Origin: Octopus bimaculoides
Lineage: Eukaryota
Assembly (NCBI RefSeq): GCF_001194135.2
Contig: NC_068982.1
Coordinates: 2,306,480-2,370,479 of the forward strand
Length of the DNA stretch: 64,000 bases
Direction of reading: 5' to 3'
Part shown: one piece after another, positions 50,616 through 63,583 of the stretch
Layout: each line of letters starts with the position of its first letter
How positions within the stretch are numbered: position 1 is the first letter of the stretch
Notes under the pieces: model-generated
Databases searched by the model: none
The model's input: the letters and a program-made list of their open reading frames with translations, nothing else
Told to the model about the DNA's origin: nothing
Made by a program: the position numbers and the translations under genes

Positions 50616-51954
50616 CTTGATACTGTGTGGATTAAGATCCCTGTCGTAGGCCGCTGGTATTAAACACTTTCCGTATGGAAATTAGGTAATTCTCCATAGA
50701 GTAACTGCTGCATTTGTAGAGTATATAAACATTTTGGCTGATGGCTTCTCTGGAGATTGTTGGATCACCAGACCAGGCTGTATGCTATGTTCTTGAGCAA
50801 GACACTTTATTTAGGTTGCCTAAAACTATCTGAAGATGTTGTCATGGATATCAAAAATTAAAATTCTCCAGGGCATATCTGCATTTTAATTTTCATACAC
50901 TGAAAATTGAACAGCTGTCACACTTGCAAATTTTTAAAGCAATATGTATTAAAATTGTAAAGGCGCGTGTGTTACTGGTGATGTGTTCTGTTGTCGATCA
51001 TAGTTTTGTGTGATCGCTACGTTGTGTTCTCGACCAAAGCATGTCATTTCATGTTTCCCTTGTTTGCTCATCAGAAAATAGGTACCAGCCGAATGCTTGT
51101 GCAGGCCTTTCTCTCTCGAGCCTTCAAACTTCGCCGATCTAGCGAGTTAAGGATATGATGCCCGAAATAAATTTTTTACCGGAATGCAATTACATAGTAA
51201 CTTGAAACGATTAATTGAAGCATGATACAAGATAACCGGGTAAATTATTTATATATTACGATTAATGGGGTCTTTTTTTTTTTTACCATTACAAGTCATA
51301 AATCTAATTGATCTGAAAAAAATCCTATAATATATACACTACGCAGCAGATTATATCAACATTCACATGAATACTCAATTCATTGCTCATAAGCAATGGA
51401 TTTTTCTATAAGTCCATAAGAGTTAGATAATATAAATTAGATAACATACAAATAATTAAGCTACACTAATTGACTAGATGCTCGTACGACTCAACGGATA
51501 AGTAAAGCTAATAATACTGAGCGATTTTTTAAAGTATATAGAATCATGTTACGTAAACGTTACTTCAAATTAAGATTATTGAGTTTGTATTTATCGTAAT
51601 CATTTTCAAGTAGGTTTTCATAGAGACACACGTACTTGAATGATCTGTAACTGCGTAATTAGCTGCAATATCAATGTAAGATGTTTAGTACAATATAGTA
51701 TTAAAGCATACGTTGATTTACATTGAAAAATCACATCAATTATATACATGATTAATATGTTAATCAAAATCATCCGAAACGGAATTACTACCGTAGAACT
51801 ACACTTAAAACGTGTATTATATTCCATGATAAACTTATAATATTAATATAAAGATGTCATTGATGTTTTTTTTTTTCAGTATTTAAGAAACGCAACAACC
51901 TGGATGACTCATTAGCTCGAATAACAACAATACATAGTGCCATTTTATTCCATT

Positions 51955-52095
51955 GCTTACGATCTGAGTTCTAGTTTCGCTGAGGTCAACTTGGTATCAA
52001 CTTAATCCTTTCGAAGTCGACAAAAGAAATTTCAGTAAATCACAAGGCCGATGATATCGATCCTAAAATTACTGGCTTCGTGCCAAAATTAGAAA
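51955..52095 (+). mobile_element. SINE family B remnant
   Basis: ctgagttctagtttcgctgaggtcaact...cctttcgaagtcga. Confidence 0.6.
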
Positions 52096-52782
52096 CAATA
52101 TATTTAAGTGACATAATATATTTTAGTGGACACTATTCTATGCACCCCCTTATTGTAATTATCTTTATCATTTTTTCTTTACATATTGTGTAATATTTAA
52201 AACAACGCCTAAACTTATAATACATTCAATGAATCATATTTCCATTCTTATTTTATAGCCTTTAACTACACAGGCTTTTCACGTATAAATAACTGCTACT
52301 TTTCCTTGTCTCCTTCTTATCGTTTGGATTGAACTTTCAATGTTTTCTTCTAATTCATATTCTATGCCTTTAAAGTTCCAATTGCATGTTTCTCAAGAAA
52401 GATCACATGCTTAAATTTAGTCATAAATGATTAATGGCCATGAATATCAAAATATATTTTGTAAAACTTTGTAGTAGACACACTGTGATGTTTACATGTA
52501 CCCTTCATTTATACAATCCGTCCGTAGAGGACTTTCTGGAGGCACGTCCTGTTTTACCGAAACAATTCCCAGTAGGCTTCCATTATATTCAAACATATCT
52601 TTCCTACGGTATTGATCATGATTAAACAGAATATTATATAAACTTAATATTTATAGCAGTTTCAAATTTCTGTTTGAAACATTTCCCCCCTTTCGATAAT
52701 AATATTACCACTGACACTATTACAAGGAGCAACCGATCTACATTTATAGAAACTATTTCAGTAATACAGTTCTATATTTAAA

Positions 52783-52865
52783 GCTGGAGGGTACGTCAGC
52801 CGAAACGTTGTGTTAACAACAAACAAGATTAGGACAAATATCCGTCAAATGTAGATAATGTAAAT
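52783..52865 (+). mobile_element. 5'-truncated Penelope-type repeat retaining the 3' half of a hammerhead
   Basis: gctg gagggtacgt cagc c GAAAC GTT; the CUGANGA half is absent. Confidence 0.5.
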
Positions 52866-53294
52866 AGAATAGTTATGAATATTATTATTATTATTATTGA
52901 CGTTTTTATCAGAAGCTCCTAATAGGTTTTCTTATAGATATACACAAGGACGGTGTTTTCCATTCGCTATGGAATTCTTGGGTTGCTATGATCATGTTTA
53001 TCTCTTGTTGTTTCTGTCCTCAGTTACTGCAACTATCTAACATTGTCTACAGGTGAAGCAAACTTAATTTGTTCCTATTTATTTTCTTTTAATTTTATTT
53101 ATCTTCATTCATCCCGGCTAATTTGAATACTAATATTTTTTCTTTATCTTCGCTTATTCGGATCCACTGTTTATAATACTTCGTCTGGATTTAGTAATAT
53201 CTGGAGACAAAATTTATTGGATTCAGTGCAATTCATACTTTGGTCTTATCAATATTGGGTTACTTTAACTTTTGAACAAAATATATTCAAGGCC

Positions 53295-53560
53295 TTTGGT
53301 TGTGTGGTAAGAAGCTTGTTTCCCAACCACATGGTTCTGGGTTCAATTCCACTGCGTGGCACCTTGGGTAGGTGTCTTCTACTATAACCTCGGACCGACC
53401 AAAGCCAGTCGAAGAAATCGACCACAGGACTTATTCTTTGTAAGACTGGTACTTATTCTATCCGTTTCTTTTCCTGAACCGCTAGGTTACGGGGTGAGGG
53501 GGCCTAACACACCAGCATCCGTTGTCAAGTGATGTTGCGCGGACAAGCACAGACACACAT
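53295..53560. mobile_element. SINE family A head (+, 53295-53405) joined to an inverted family A 3' body (-, 53406-53560)
   Basis: Junction gaccaaagcc|agtcgaagaaatcgacc. Confidence 0.75.
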
Positions 53561-53657
53561 ACATACATATATTGGGAAGCAAGCTTCTCATCATACAGCC
53601 ACACATGCGCTTATATATATATATGGATATATATGTATATATATATATATATGTATG

Positions 53658-53739
<82 letters not shown>

Positions 53740-53741
<2 letters not shown>

Positions 53742-54325
53742 AGTTGTATACTGCCAACTTAACGTGACAGTCCCAATAAGGGAATACACTACTGCTGTTT
53801 AGTCCAAGGAAGCCAGACCGCTTCCTATTAGGCCTTGACACACTTTCTGTGCCCTTATCCATACAAAGGGGAGACAAACTCCTCCAACCAGCCCAGCCTG
53901 CTTTCAGGGACAACTACTTTATCGCACCACTACTACTTAAATCTCACTGAGAGATTTAGAAATTCGTTATTTCTAATTTTCGTTACCAGTGAATAGTATT
54001 TCACTGAAATAGTATATCCATACAAAGTTTAGACGGATTTCTTCAGCTAGCCCGCCATGCTGCTTCAGGCTGATGACGAGCAAAGACTCAGAAACATGTC
54101 CCTGAATGCAGGCTGGGCTGGTTGATGGAGTTTGTCTCCCCTTTGTATGGATAAGGGCACAGAAAGTGTGTCAAGGCTTAATGGGAAGCGGTCTGACTTC
54201 CTAGGGCTAAACAGCAGTAGTGTATTCCCTTATTGGGACTGTCACGTTAAGTTGGCAGTATACAACTACATTTGTTGTTTACACCACCTGTCCTCGTCTG
54301 TTGTTTTTTTTCGTAAATTCTCCCA
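53740..54325 (+). mobile_element. Palindromic element: 173-bp inverted arms (53740-53912 / 54097-54269), hammerhead at the start of the right arm, 3' tail to ~54325
   Basis: About 8 mismatches between arms; left end abuts (TA)n. Confidence 0.85.
54064..54106 (+). ncRNA. Minimal type I hammerhead; predicted cleavage after 54100 (GUC)
   Basis: UUCAGG CUGAUGA C GAG caaaga CUC A GAAAC AU GUC CCUGAA; 6-bp stem I, palindromic ACAUGU. Confidence 0.8.
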
Positions 54326-55569
54326 TATATCATTCTTTAACAAGAAAAGTATTGAGGAGGATTTCGAAATTCGAGCCAGCTAGGCCATCAACCGGCTTTA
54401 GATGATCCAAGTTCATTTTTGCTTTAAATAATTTCTCTTAACTTAAAATTTTCTTGAGTGTCCTGTGTTCTGCTGAATGACGGCTATGGTGTATTTGGGG
54501 TTTTGATGTTAATATTGGTTAAATTTGACCGACACTATATATATAGCCAAGATGAACTTAAAATGATTTACAGTCCGATGGTGGCCTTGCTGATTGAAGT
54601 TTTGAAGTCATTGTTAACAGTATTATTGATAAAGAATAATAAATTTGTACTCTACCAAATGTATTGAGTAATCTTTCAATTTAATACAAAATTGCTTCTG
54701 TTATAACAAAAGAAACAAACATTTCTATACACGCGCGCGCACAAACACACATGTATGTATATATGCATGTACGTATGTATGTATGTATGTATGTATGTAT
54801 GTATGTATGTATGTATGGAAAGGATTAGATGTATTAATTTCTAAAAGACCATCTAAAGATAATGCTATAAATGAAGAGGCGGTGCTTTATAATCAGTTGA
54901 GAAACCAACTCTTACATATTCCTTCCCCTCCTCCTCCCTCCTTCTCCTCGTTGTGCTCTTCTTTCTCCTCCTACTCTTTCTTCTCCGACTGCTTCGTTTT
55001 CTTTTCCTACATCTAACAATACAATAATTTCATCTGCTTTGGTATAATACTGTATTTTCAGTCCTTCGTTGCACAGGTTTACTTTCATTTTCATTTTCTC
55101 TATATTTATACTTCTTGTTTCCTCTCGATACAAGCAAAACACAACGCGTGGCAGATGCATAGCGAATAAAACGCGCCTTTCATGCAGGTCTGACGAAAGC
55201 TCATTCAATTTTCATAACCGCAAATATTTAGTAAGTTTTCCCGTAGAACTTTTGCATGATTTCGTGTTAGAGACAGACATAATACTGAAACAGATGTAAC
55301 TGGTCATAAAACTTGTGATAAACACATTCTCTGTCTTCTTATTTGGATAATGTTTTACTATTCACTACGCTCTCAGATTGATTTTAGCGATGTGACACAT
55401 GGATTTTCCACACCTGAAATACTTATCTTGCTTAAAGCTAAACCTCACGAGTGTAGATAGCCTAAAGCACCAGTTGCGTGCTGCATTGAAAATAACCCGT
55501 TTTTCTACCCTTCCAGGACATACGAATGCATATACATAGACAAAGGTACATATATGCGTGTGTTTGTAT

Positions 55570-55605
<36 letters not shown>

Positions 55606-57249
55606 CTGTGTGTGTGTGTGTGTATGTCTGTGTGTGTGTGTGTGTTTTGGTTATTGGTATCGACTCAAGAAACTCAAACCATATTGGCTCCAGTGCCACA
55701 GCAAGTGCTATATCATTTGTATGCTATGGAAAATATTCTAAATGCATTGCTTGAATGATATTGCTATCAACTTTAAAATTCACCAAACGCTCTGTACCAT
55801 CCGTCCTCTGCAAAATAAAATTCGCATCACATCACAACACTAAGGCAAAAGTATTTCATCTGATCTTATCTCCAAGAAATTCCAAATAAATCTCCTACAC
55901 CCGGATACATCTCTACAAACAATAATACTTTACTAGAATGAGCTATAATCCCCAAAGAATGACCTATAATACGAAACAGCATTAAATGACTTTTCCAGGT
56001 GCTGCTGCTATTCATTTATGTATGTCCTCAAGCGAGGAAGGTTCAGGAACCAGAAGAACATGCTTAAAAATCCGCTAGAAGGAAGCACTGGGGAGTTTTT
56101 TACAACTTTTACCAAAACCGGGAATTTTTTCTCCGCGGTTACTGCAGTGAAATTAGAAGTTGAAATATGTCAGAAACATATTTTAACAAACCCAAATTCA
56201 TATATATATGTATATATATATATATATATATATAGCGTAAGGAATAACAAAACTTCTGTGTATTCTTACATTAATTTTGATATTATTCTTATGTTGATTT
56301 ACTGGAACACAATGTGAGAAATTCAATTACCGGTGCAGATTACCCAACTTCATTTTATTAATTATTCGCTAACGTATTTCACTGTGAAGCCTTGCTCGGT
56401 AAAAGAATGCCACGCATTTGGTATAGAATCTCAGTCATCACGAGAACATTAATTAAAATACATAGATCAAAAATTTATGATGGTGAAATAAGACACCGTT
56501 CCTATTTGTAAAATTTTGTTCTTATAAAAAGAGATATTCAAGTCAGATATTTTCAGTACAAAGGGAGGTAACAAGAAATAAATTCCTGTACTAGATAAAA
56601 TGATGAACTGAAATACATCTGTACATCTGCACTAATGAATACATACACAGTTATTCAAAGATATACGTATACTCGTCTGTGTATAGGAAACTACCGTAAA
56701 TCTGCATTAAATATATAGAAGTATATGCGTGTGTGCATTATTGTTTATTCGTATGTATGTGTATGTATGTGTAATTGTTTGAATGCATATGCAAGTGTTT
56801 ATGTATATACATTTATAGCTATGTATGTTTGTGTATTTGTGTATTTGTACCAAGGTGAGTGTGTACGAAATTCTGCGTGTATATAAATACAGATATTGGC
56901 AAATTCATTGGTTTCTAATTATTAATCACATCGATTCTCATGGAGATGGTGCCTTTTACGCAACAGAATGTGTCTTTAATGTATTGTTTTTCCATCTGTG
57001 ATTATTATTATTATTTACTGATAAATTTATTTTGAAGGAGTGCGTTCTTACGCCGATTCTCTCAGCCATGCTTACTGACATAGCTATGAGCAATGTGTCA
57101 ACTCGGGATCTCGAGTAGTACCGGTGAGCGGACAAGCATTTAGTACTATTTCTTAAACGGACTTAATGTATTATTTTTATTATGTTGTACGAGAACTGTA
57201 CGACACAAGTCTCTCAAAATAATACAGAACACGAAATAAAATCAGGTTA

Positions 57250-57800
57250 CGTTCATTTCATACAACTGCAATCTACGCAACGCAAAGCAAAAAAATTAAG
57301 AATGTCGTCCTTCTCTATACTTGATTTGTATTCATTAAGGGAAGCAAGTATCACGAGGTTTGATTTTCGCTGGTGCTTCATATTTCGTCGAAAGGGTGTC
57401 ATAATTCGAGTTAACGTCGAAAACGATGATTCACATGTAGCAGTGCTCGATCCAAATGTCAATGCTGCACCATACAAAAGATAAACATTTGGAAAGGCAT
57501 CCTGTACAATACATAAAGATCCAAAAATATCAAGCAGTGTCATCATATTTTGTTTGGAAATGTTTGCTTTAACCACAGTAAGTTCAGAAAGTGAGGCCGA
57601 TTTATCGCAATTAACTTAATTGTTCAAAGGTTTAAAGCATCAAAATCGAAAAACGTATCGGACGTTGGTAGTAGACTTGCCAAGGAAGAATATATGCTGT
57701 CGTTTTGCCCTGAAAATCTATCGTCTAGCTCTCCGAAGCTTTGGTCGATAAATTTTGCGGTGAAAGGTTATCCAGTCATCTTGAGATGGTACAAGGCCTT
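57250..57800 (-). mobile_element. hAT transposase C-terminal (dimerisation domain) remnant
   Basis: ELDDRFS upstream; FPNVYLLYGAALTFGSSTATCESSFSTLTRI..PFRRNM...RKSNLVILA. Confidence 0.8.
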
Positions 57801-57944
57801 CAACAACATAATCTGAAAAACGTCGGGACTTTTTGACGCATATATATACGTGTACAGTGTTGCGTTTACTACCATAAATCTCTAACTACAACAGCAATTC
57901 TTCGCAACAATTCTTCACATACTTTTCAACAGCGACGACAATCA

Positions 57945-57988
57945 CCAGCACCACCGCCGCCGTCGCAACCACCACCACCACCACCACC

Positions 57989-58045
<57 letters not shown>
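57945..58045. repeat. (CCA)n-(CAA)n microsatellite
   Basis: Read directly. Confidence 0.95.
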
Positions 58046-58046
<1 letters not shown>

Positions 58047-60714
58047 AAACTGACCCAGCGTTAGCCACTCCTTAATTCAACCCACAGTGGATGACCGGGT
58101 CAGCAGCCAATTTTGCGCCACGTTTTCATATCACTAACTACGAAATCAAAAGAAATTCAATTTGTTGCATCTTTAGCGACTTCAGATATTGCTCATGAGA
58201 AAAAAGGCGATGTTTCAAAAGTGGATAAAACAATGTTTATTAATTCAAATGTGGATAAAACAAATTCTCATTCATACTCGTGGCTAAATAATCTCTCCCT
58301 CCCTCTCAGTCTGTCTGTCTGTCTGCCTGTCTCTCTCGCACTCTCTCTCTCTATCTCTCTCTCTCTCTCTCTCTCTCCCTCTCTCTCTCTCCAAGTGTGT
58401 GTTTTTGTTTATACATAACACATAATTTTATACATACACTTGTACCTGCACACGAGTGTGTATAATACCTACATATGCTGGAGAAGAATATATTCAGCTA
58501 TGTTTTCTAAGCATAACCTGTCCTCCTGCTTAATTTTTCCAAAATCCTTGTTAATATAGACATGAGAATTTATGAATGTATCACATCTTATGTGCTATGC
58601 ATTTGGGTAAAAAAAATCTTTAATATATCATTTCCTGTATTTGATTGAAGAGGTGCTAGCTGACGTTATTTTTCGATAGTTTACACAGATACTTTTTCTT
58701 TAGCAGAAAGGGAATCTTCACACCGTCTTGTCTCATATGCATTATGATTTTAAAATATAGACATGATTCATATCTTTATAATAGGCATCTCAGTTACCGA
58801 CAAAATTAAAAATTGTCAAGACTAACACCTTGGGGTTTCTGGCATCTTTTCACCATATAATCTATTATCCAACACAATAAATATAAGGAGTTATCGATTT
58901 AAGCGTGATAATTAAAGATAGTTTGAATAACATTATGTTTGTATGTATTCTCTTACCACTTTTCCACAGAAATGTGTGAGAATATTACACGGATAAGAAG
59001 CAGAGTGTAATTTTCATTGAATATGAAGGCATAGCAATTTATCAAATCCAAGCACGCAGATAACTGCTAAGGTTGATCCAGATAGGAAAAGTATCAACGA
59101 TCCCGACTAAAATAACAATAACGATCGCTAAAGAAAATAATTGTAAGGAGGCGTTCGACTTAGAATTAATCAAGGTTTGGTCATGTCGGTTTGACGTTGA
59201 AGCTCTTATGCATTATAAAGTAGTACCTGCTTATCGCGAGAACTATTCTCTGATACAGTTTCTCTTCTCTTGATTTATTTCTTTTGCATATCAGTAGAGT
59301 GCACTTTTAGCGTAAATGTGTGTGTGTGTGTGAATAGGACTGTCTGTATACAAGTTGTGGTGGCAGAATTATGGGCATGTTAAAGAGGCTAGAGGTATCT
59401 CTAGATATTGTGTCATTTTGCTTGTCGTCAGGTTAACGCGTTTAGTTGGTAATGTAAATAGTACTGCACCCTGCAAGCGCCTTACATATCTTTTACCGAC
59501 GCTGTAATGATAATAGGCTCAACCGGAAGAAGCAGCGCAAGGTTTAGTGCAAAAATCGAAAGATTCTGCCAGCCCAGGTAGTAAACTAAATGCGCTAGAA
59601 TTGCCTCCAATCTAAAATATACAACCTCTTCATAAAATATACAGCCTCTTCGTCAGTTCGTGTGTGCAACCTCATAGAAGATAGAATAAGAAGTGTAAGT
59701 AACGTTAATTTCTCGGATTATCTGAAGCATTTTTAATGGAATCTGTCATTGACAACGGTTAGTGTGTTGATTTTCCTGCACAAGGAATTCATAATTCGTA
59801 ATCCATAATTCTATAGCACATTTATTTGTATAAAATCTCAATCATTGTTTGTAGATATAAATTAAATATTGTACTCACGCAATGTTATGTAATCGATTTT
59901 CACTTCCTCAGCAGAGAATTAATTTCATTTTGAGATGCTTATGAAACATTACTTTATTGCGTTTGTTTTCCCTTTATAATTTCATGTATTAGAGTAATTT
60001 ATTGAATATCATGTAGTAACTATTGCTAATCACGTGACGTTCCAATACTTCCGTGTTTATCTCCGACTTTCATAGTTCGGAGTCTATAAAAGTCTGGTGA
60101 AGTAACGGCTCCTACTTAATACACATACCATTCATCTCAAGATTTCTAGTGTGGTGATATCATCAAGAATTATTATTAGCATAACTGTATCACCTTAATA
60201 ATGACGTACTATGTTCGAATAAGACCGTGGGGGAATTTAATTTACAATTATCTGGTAATCGATAGAAATCAATGGGGTATCAATTCAATAAATACCGGAA
60301 TGCTATTAATTAATTCTGAATGGCATACCAAATACATCCCCAAACATATTTGGCACCTTTCATCTATAATGATGAAACGAATAATATTTAGACAGCATTT
60401 TAGACGTCTGCACAGAACTGCAGCCTTCTTATGCAAATGCATGGACAACATTTGTAGGGCGTTCTCATTTACATTCGTTTCAGGATTACTGATGACCTTT
60501 GAATTGTAAACACATTGTTGTCCATATAAATTCGTCCATCTACAGAAGCAAATAGAGTGAACGAAATATTCTTCAATTGCAGAGTCGTTTTAACTCAGTG
60601 TATGCCGAAAAGTCAACAGACATTATAATCTCTAATTATAAACTAGCTTAATGTTAAATTACTAATGTTCCCTTCAGGTATCATTAGTCGTTCGGGTTTG
60701 GAATATGAGGTTAG

Positions 60715-60930
60715 CAAATGATGTGGTGAACTGTCAGAATCGTTAGGACACCGCGTAAAATGCTTAGCGGCATTTTGTATATCTTTACGTTCAAATTCCG
60801 CCGGGGTCGGTTCCGACTTTCAAACCATTCCAGATCGATACAATAGGAAGCAGTTGAGCACTAGAGTCATGTAATCTACTTACTCCCTCCATTGAAATTG
60901 CTGGCCTTGTGATCGAATCTGAAATCAATA
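60715..60930 (+). mobile_element. SINE family B, diverged
   Basis: gaactgtcagaatcgttag...aaatgcttagcggcattt...ttcaaattccgccggggtcg. Confidence 0.75.
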
Positions 60931-61233
60931 TTGGATTAGCAAATATATAAGCATATTTTCCGTTTCTCTCAGGTGCATTATTTTGTGCATCCTGGTTTGC
61001 ATATAAATGAAGCGTGAATGATGTTTAATTAATAATTACAAAAATCAAAAGATAAAGATGCCAGTAAAGATAATGAGGAAGATTGAGGGCGCTAATCATT
61101 GAGATAAGTAAGGAAGATTGTGCGAATGAGCACGTGGTGATAATGAGGATGATGGGAAGGATAAAGATTATCTTCAGGTTATACTGGTGTGAGAAGGATG
61201 CTGTTGATAATTATGATAATAAGTATACTACTG

Positions 61234-61281
<48 letters not shown>

Positions 61282-61372
61282 GGATGATGATGACGATGAT
61301 GACGATGATGATGATGATGATGATGATGATGAAGAGGAGGAGGAGGAGGAGCAGGAGGAGGAGGAGGAGGAT
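61234..61372. repeat. (GAT)n-(GAG)n microsatellite
   Basis: Read directly; source of poly-M/poly-S ORFs. Confidence 0.95.
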
Positions 61373-63081
61373 ACTATTGCCGCTGTCACTGGTAAGGAGG
61401 AGGAAGAAGATGGTAATAATGAGGAAGGAGAGGAAGAAGCAAACTCAAGTAGGTTAGTTTGTTGGTAGGTATGGAGAGTGTTCATGATTATGAGGGGAAA
61501 AAAGGAGAATTGAATAGATATGAAGGATAAGCAATAGGAAACATACTTAGACAACTTCAGTTGTTGTATTAACAAATACGTTTCTTCAAATATAAACAAG
61601 AGGATTTCCTTTGATTATATGCTAATTAAACGAAGTAGCATTTTATTCTGGTTAGAAAGATTTAAATCTATTGATAATTTAGAAAATATCCATATTTAGT
61701 GACTCTACAAAAACTGAGAACGTATTTCAGTGGTTTTATATTATAATGCACCATGACATGTAAATATGGTATTTGTATGATTGACACATTGCAATTATTG
61801 TTTCGATTCCGATAGTAATTAAGATAGTTCTGGGATCTGTTAATGCAGAAATGATAACAAGCAAGGATCGTCACAAATGTACATACGAATATAATGTTGT
61901 TATATTATTGACGACAAGCAATTTGCTTTCTGAGCGCAAGTTCTGATGGGTGCAATGAACCCTCTAATGACAACAGCAAACGAGATTGAGAGACAAACGT
62001 AATACCCTACAGTTGCATTATGTCATGCAAATGTGATTAGAGATTATCTCTTCCTTGTTTATCCAGTCGTCCAATGCGTGTAATAAAGTTACAGGAATTC
62101 GTTTTTCTGCTGTCTACCCGTTCTGAATCACACCATCAGTTTTACCGAAAGTAAGGATGTAAATTTTGCAAACATTGATGTATCGTTAATGCAATTTTGT
62201 ACATCTATAGCAAATAAATGTTATCTTTGTCTGGTGGAGCTTGTAAGGATTTTCCTTATGTGCACATGACTTTACATGGTTGTGTTTATGTAAATTTATT
62301 AGGACGACAAAATGTGGCACGTTTTGCCTAGTGAAAGAATTTAATTAATTGAATATAACACTAACACACACTTATCGTTTCTAATTGAAAGAAAACAGAA
62401 CATTGTTGGAAGGTTCTTAGACAAGGACTAGCGAGATGCGAATGTATCAGATATAAGCTATTTCATATACCCTTGTCTATGTCATATACCTGTTATAGTC
62501 TCGGCGTGTATTTATTCATCCTTTCACTACTTACAGAGAAAGCTGACAGTAACATAATTAGGACTAGTGTTTATACTCGCAATATAAAAGAATATTTGAC
62601 TTCATAGAATTACAGATGTGCAAAACAAGATGGAAAAAATAGATTCGGACTTAAAAGAAAAGTTAGAATAAAGTATTAAAATTGATTCAAGGTGAGAATT
62701 CTCCATCATCAAATATTACAGTTTCATGTTGTCTAGTTACGTACGAAAGTAAAATTTATGAAAAAATATAGATATTTAAAAACTTGAGCAAATATCTGTC
62801 GCCGATTAAGCAACTTAGGCTGACTGGAAAAAAAGGATGTCCTGTGTTAGATGGATCGTGTGGCCATTAGGAAAACGTTGTTAACATAATCAGATGACTA
62901 ATTGAAATTATTAATATTGAAGTGATGTAATTTTGCATAAAATGACTAAGTTATAATGGTGTAAGACAAGAGGACAAGCTCATGAAAACACAATTGCCAC
63001 CCTCCATTTATGTGCATTTTTTTCTTTAACAGAATGAATACATATACACGATTAAGATGGACATGAAGTAAAGTCAATATA

Positions 63082-63583
63082 CGAGGTGCGTTCAGAAAGT
63101 ATCCGACTTTATTTTTCCCGTTAAAAATTTTGCGTGGGCAAAATTCTGAGGGTTGTAGGTGACCACACCTTTCTGCACATGTTTAAAAAATTTCACTTGC
63201 CTATGGCCTGCTTAAGCGTGCCTCATTCTCCATTCAGGTGCAGCCATGTTTGAAGTGCTTGTAACACCTCTGAGGTCTTGCCAATGGCATCATCGTCAAA
63301 GGCCTGCTGAATTTTTCAAGCTCAGATGATTTTGAACTTGAGTATATTGACGTTTTGGTAAACATTGATGCGATACGTTCGGTGAAAACAATAATCCGAA
63401 GAGCACGCATTAGAGGTCTGTACTGTAGGTATAACAGCCGGCAACTGACGCAGTCTGCCGCTGCGAAAGTTTTCTCGCATCTGCAGGAAGGATAGCATCA
63501 CCTCTCACTCAAAAGTATTGTTCCACACGGCATTAAATTTGGAGAGGAAAATATAAAGTCAGATAAGTTTTGAGCGCACCTCA
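63082..63583 (-). mobile_element. Internally deleted mariner element (~500 bp) with TIRs
   Basis: ta-cgaggtgcgttcagaaagtatccgacttta ... taaagtcagataagttttgagcgcacctca; internal IQQAFDDDAIG / YKHFKHG HTH remnant. Confidence 0.8.

Noticed and set aside
54400-54660. Possible Penelope GIY-YIG remnant on the minus strand
   Set aside because: Only a faint resemblance (NNDFKT); the diagnostic motif is not visible.
61083-61599. Poly-Met/Arg and poly-Ser ORFs
   Set aside because: (GAT)n/(GAG)n microsatellite.
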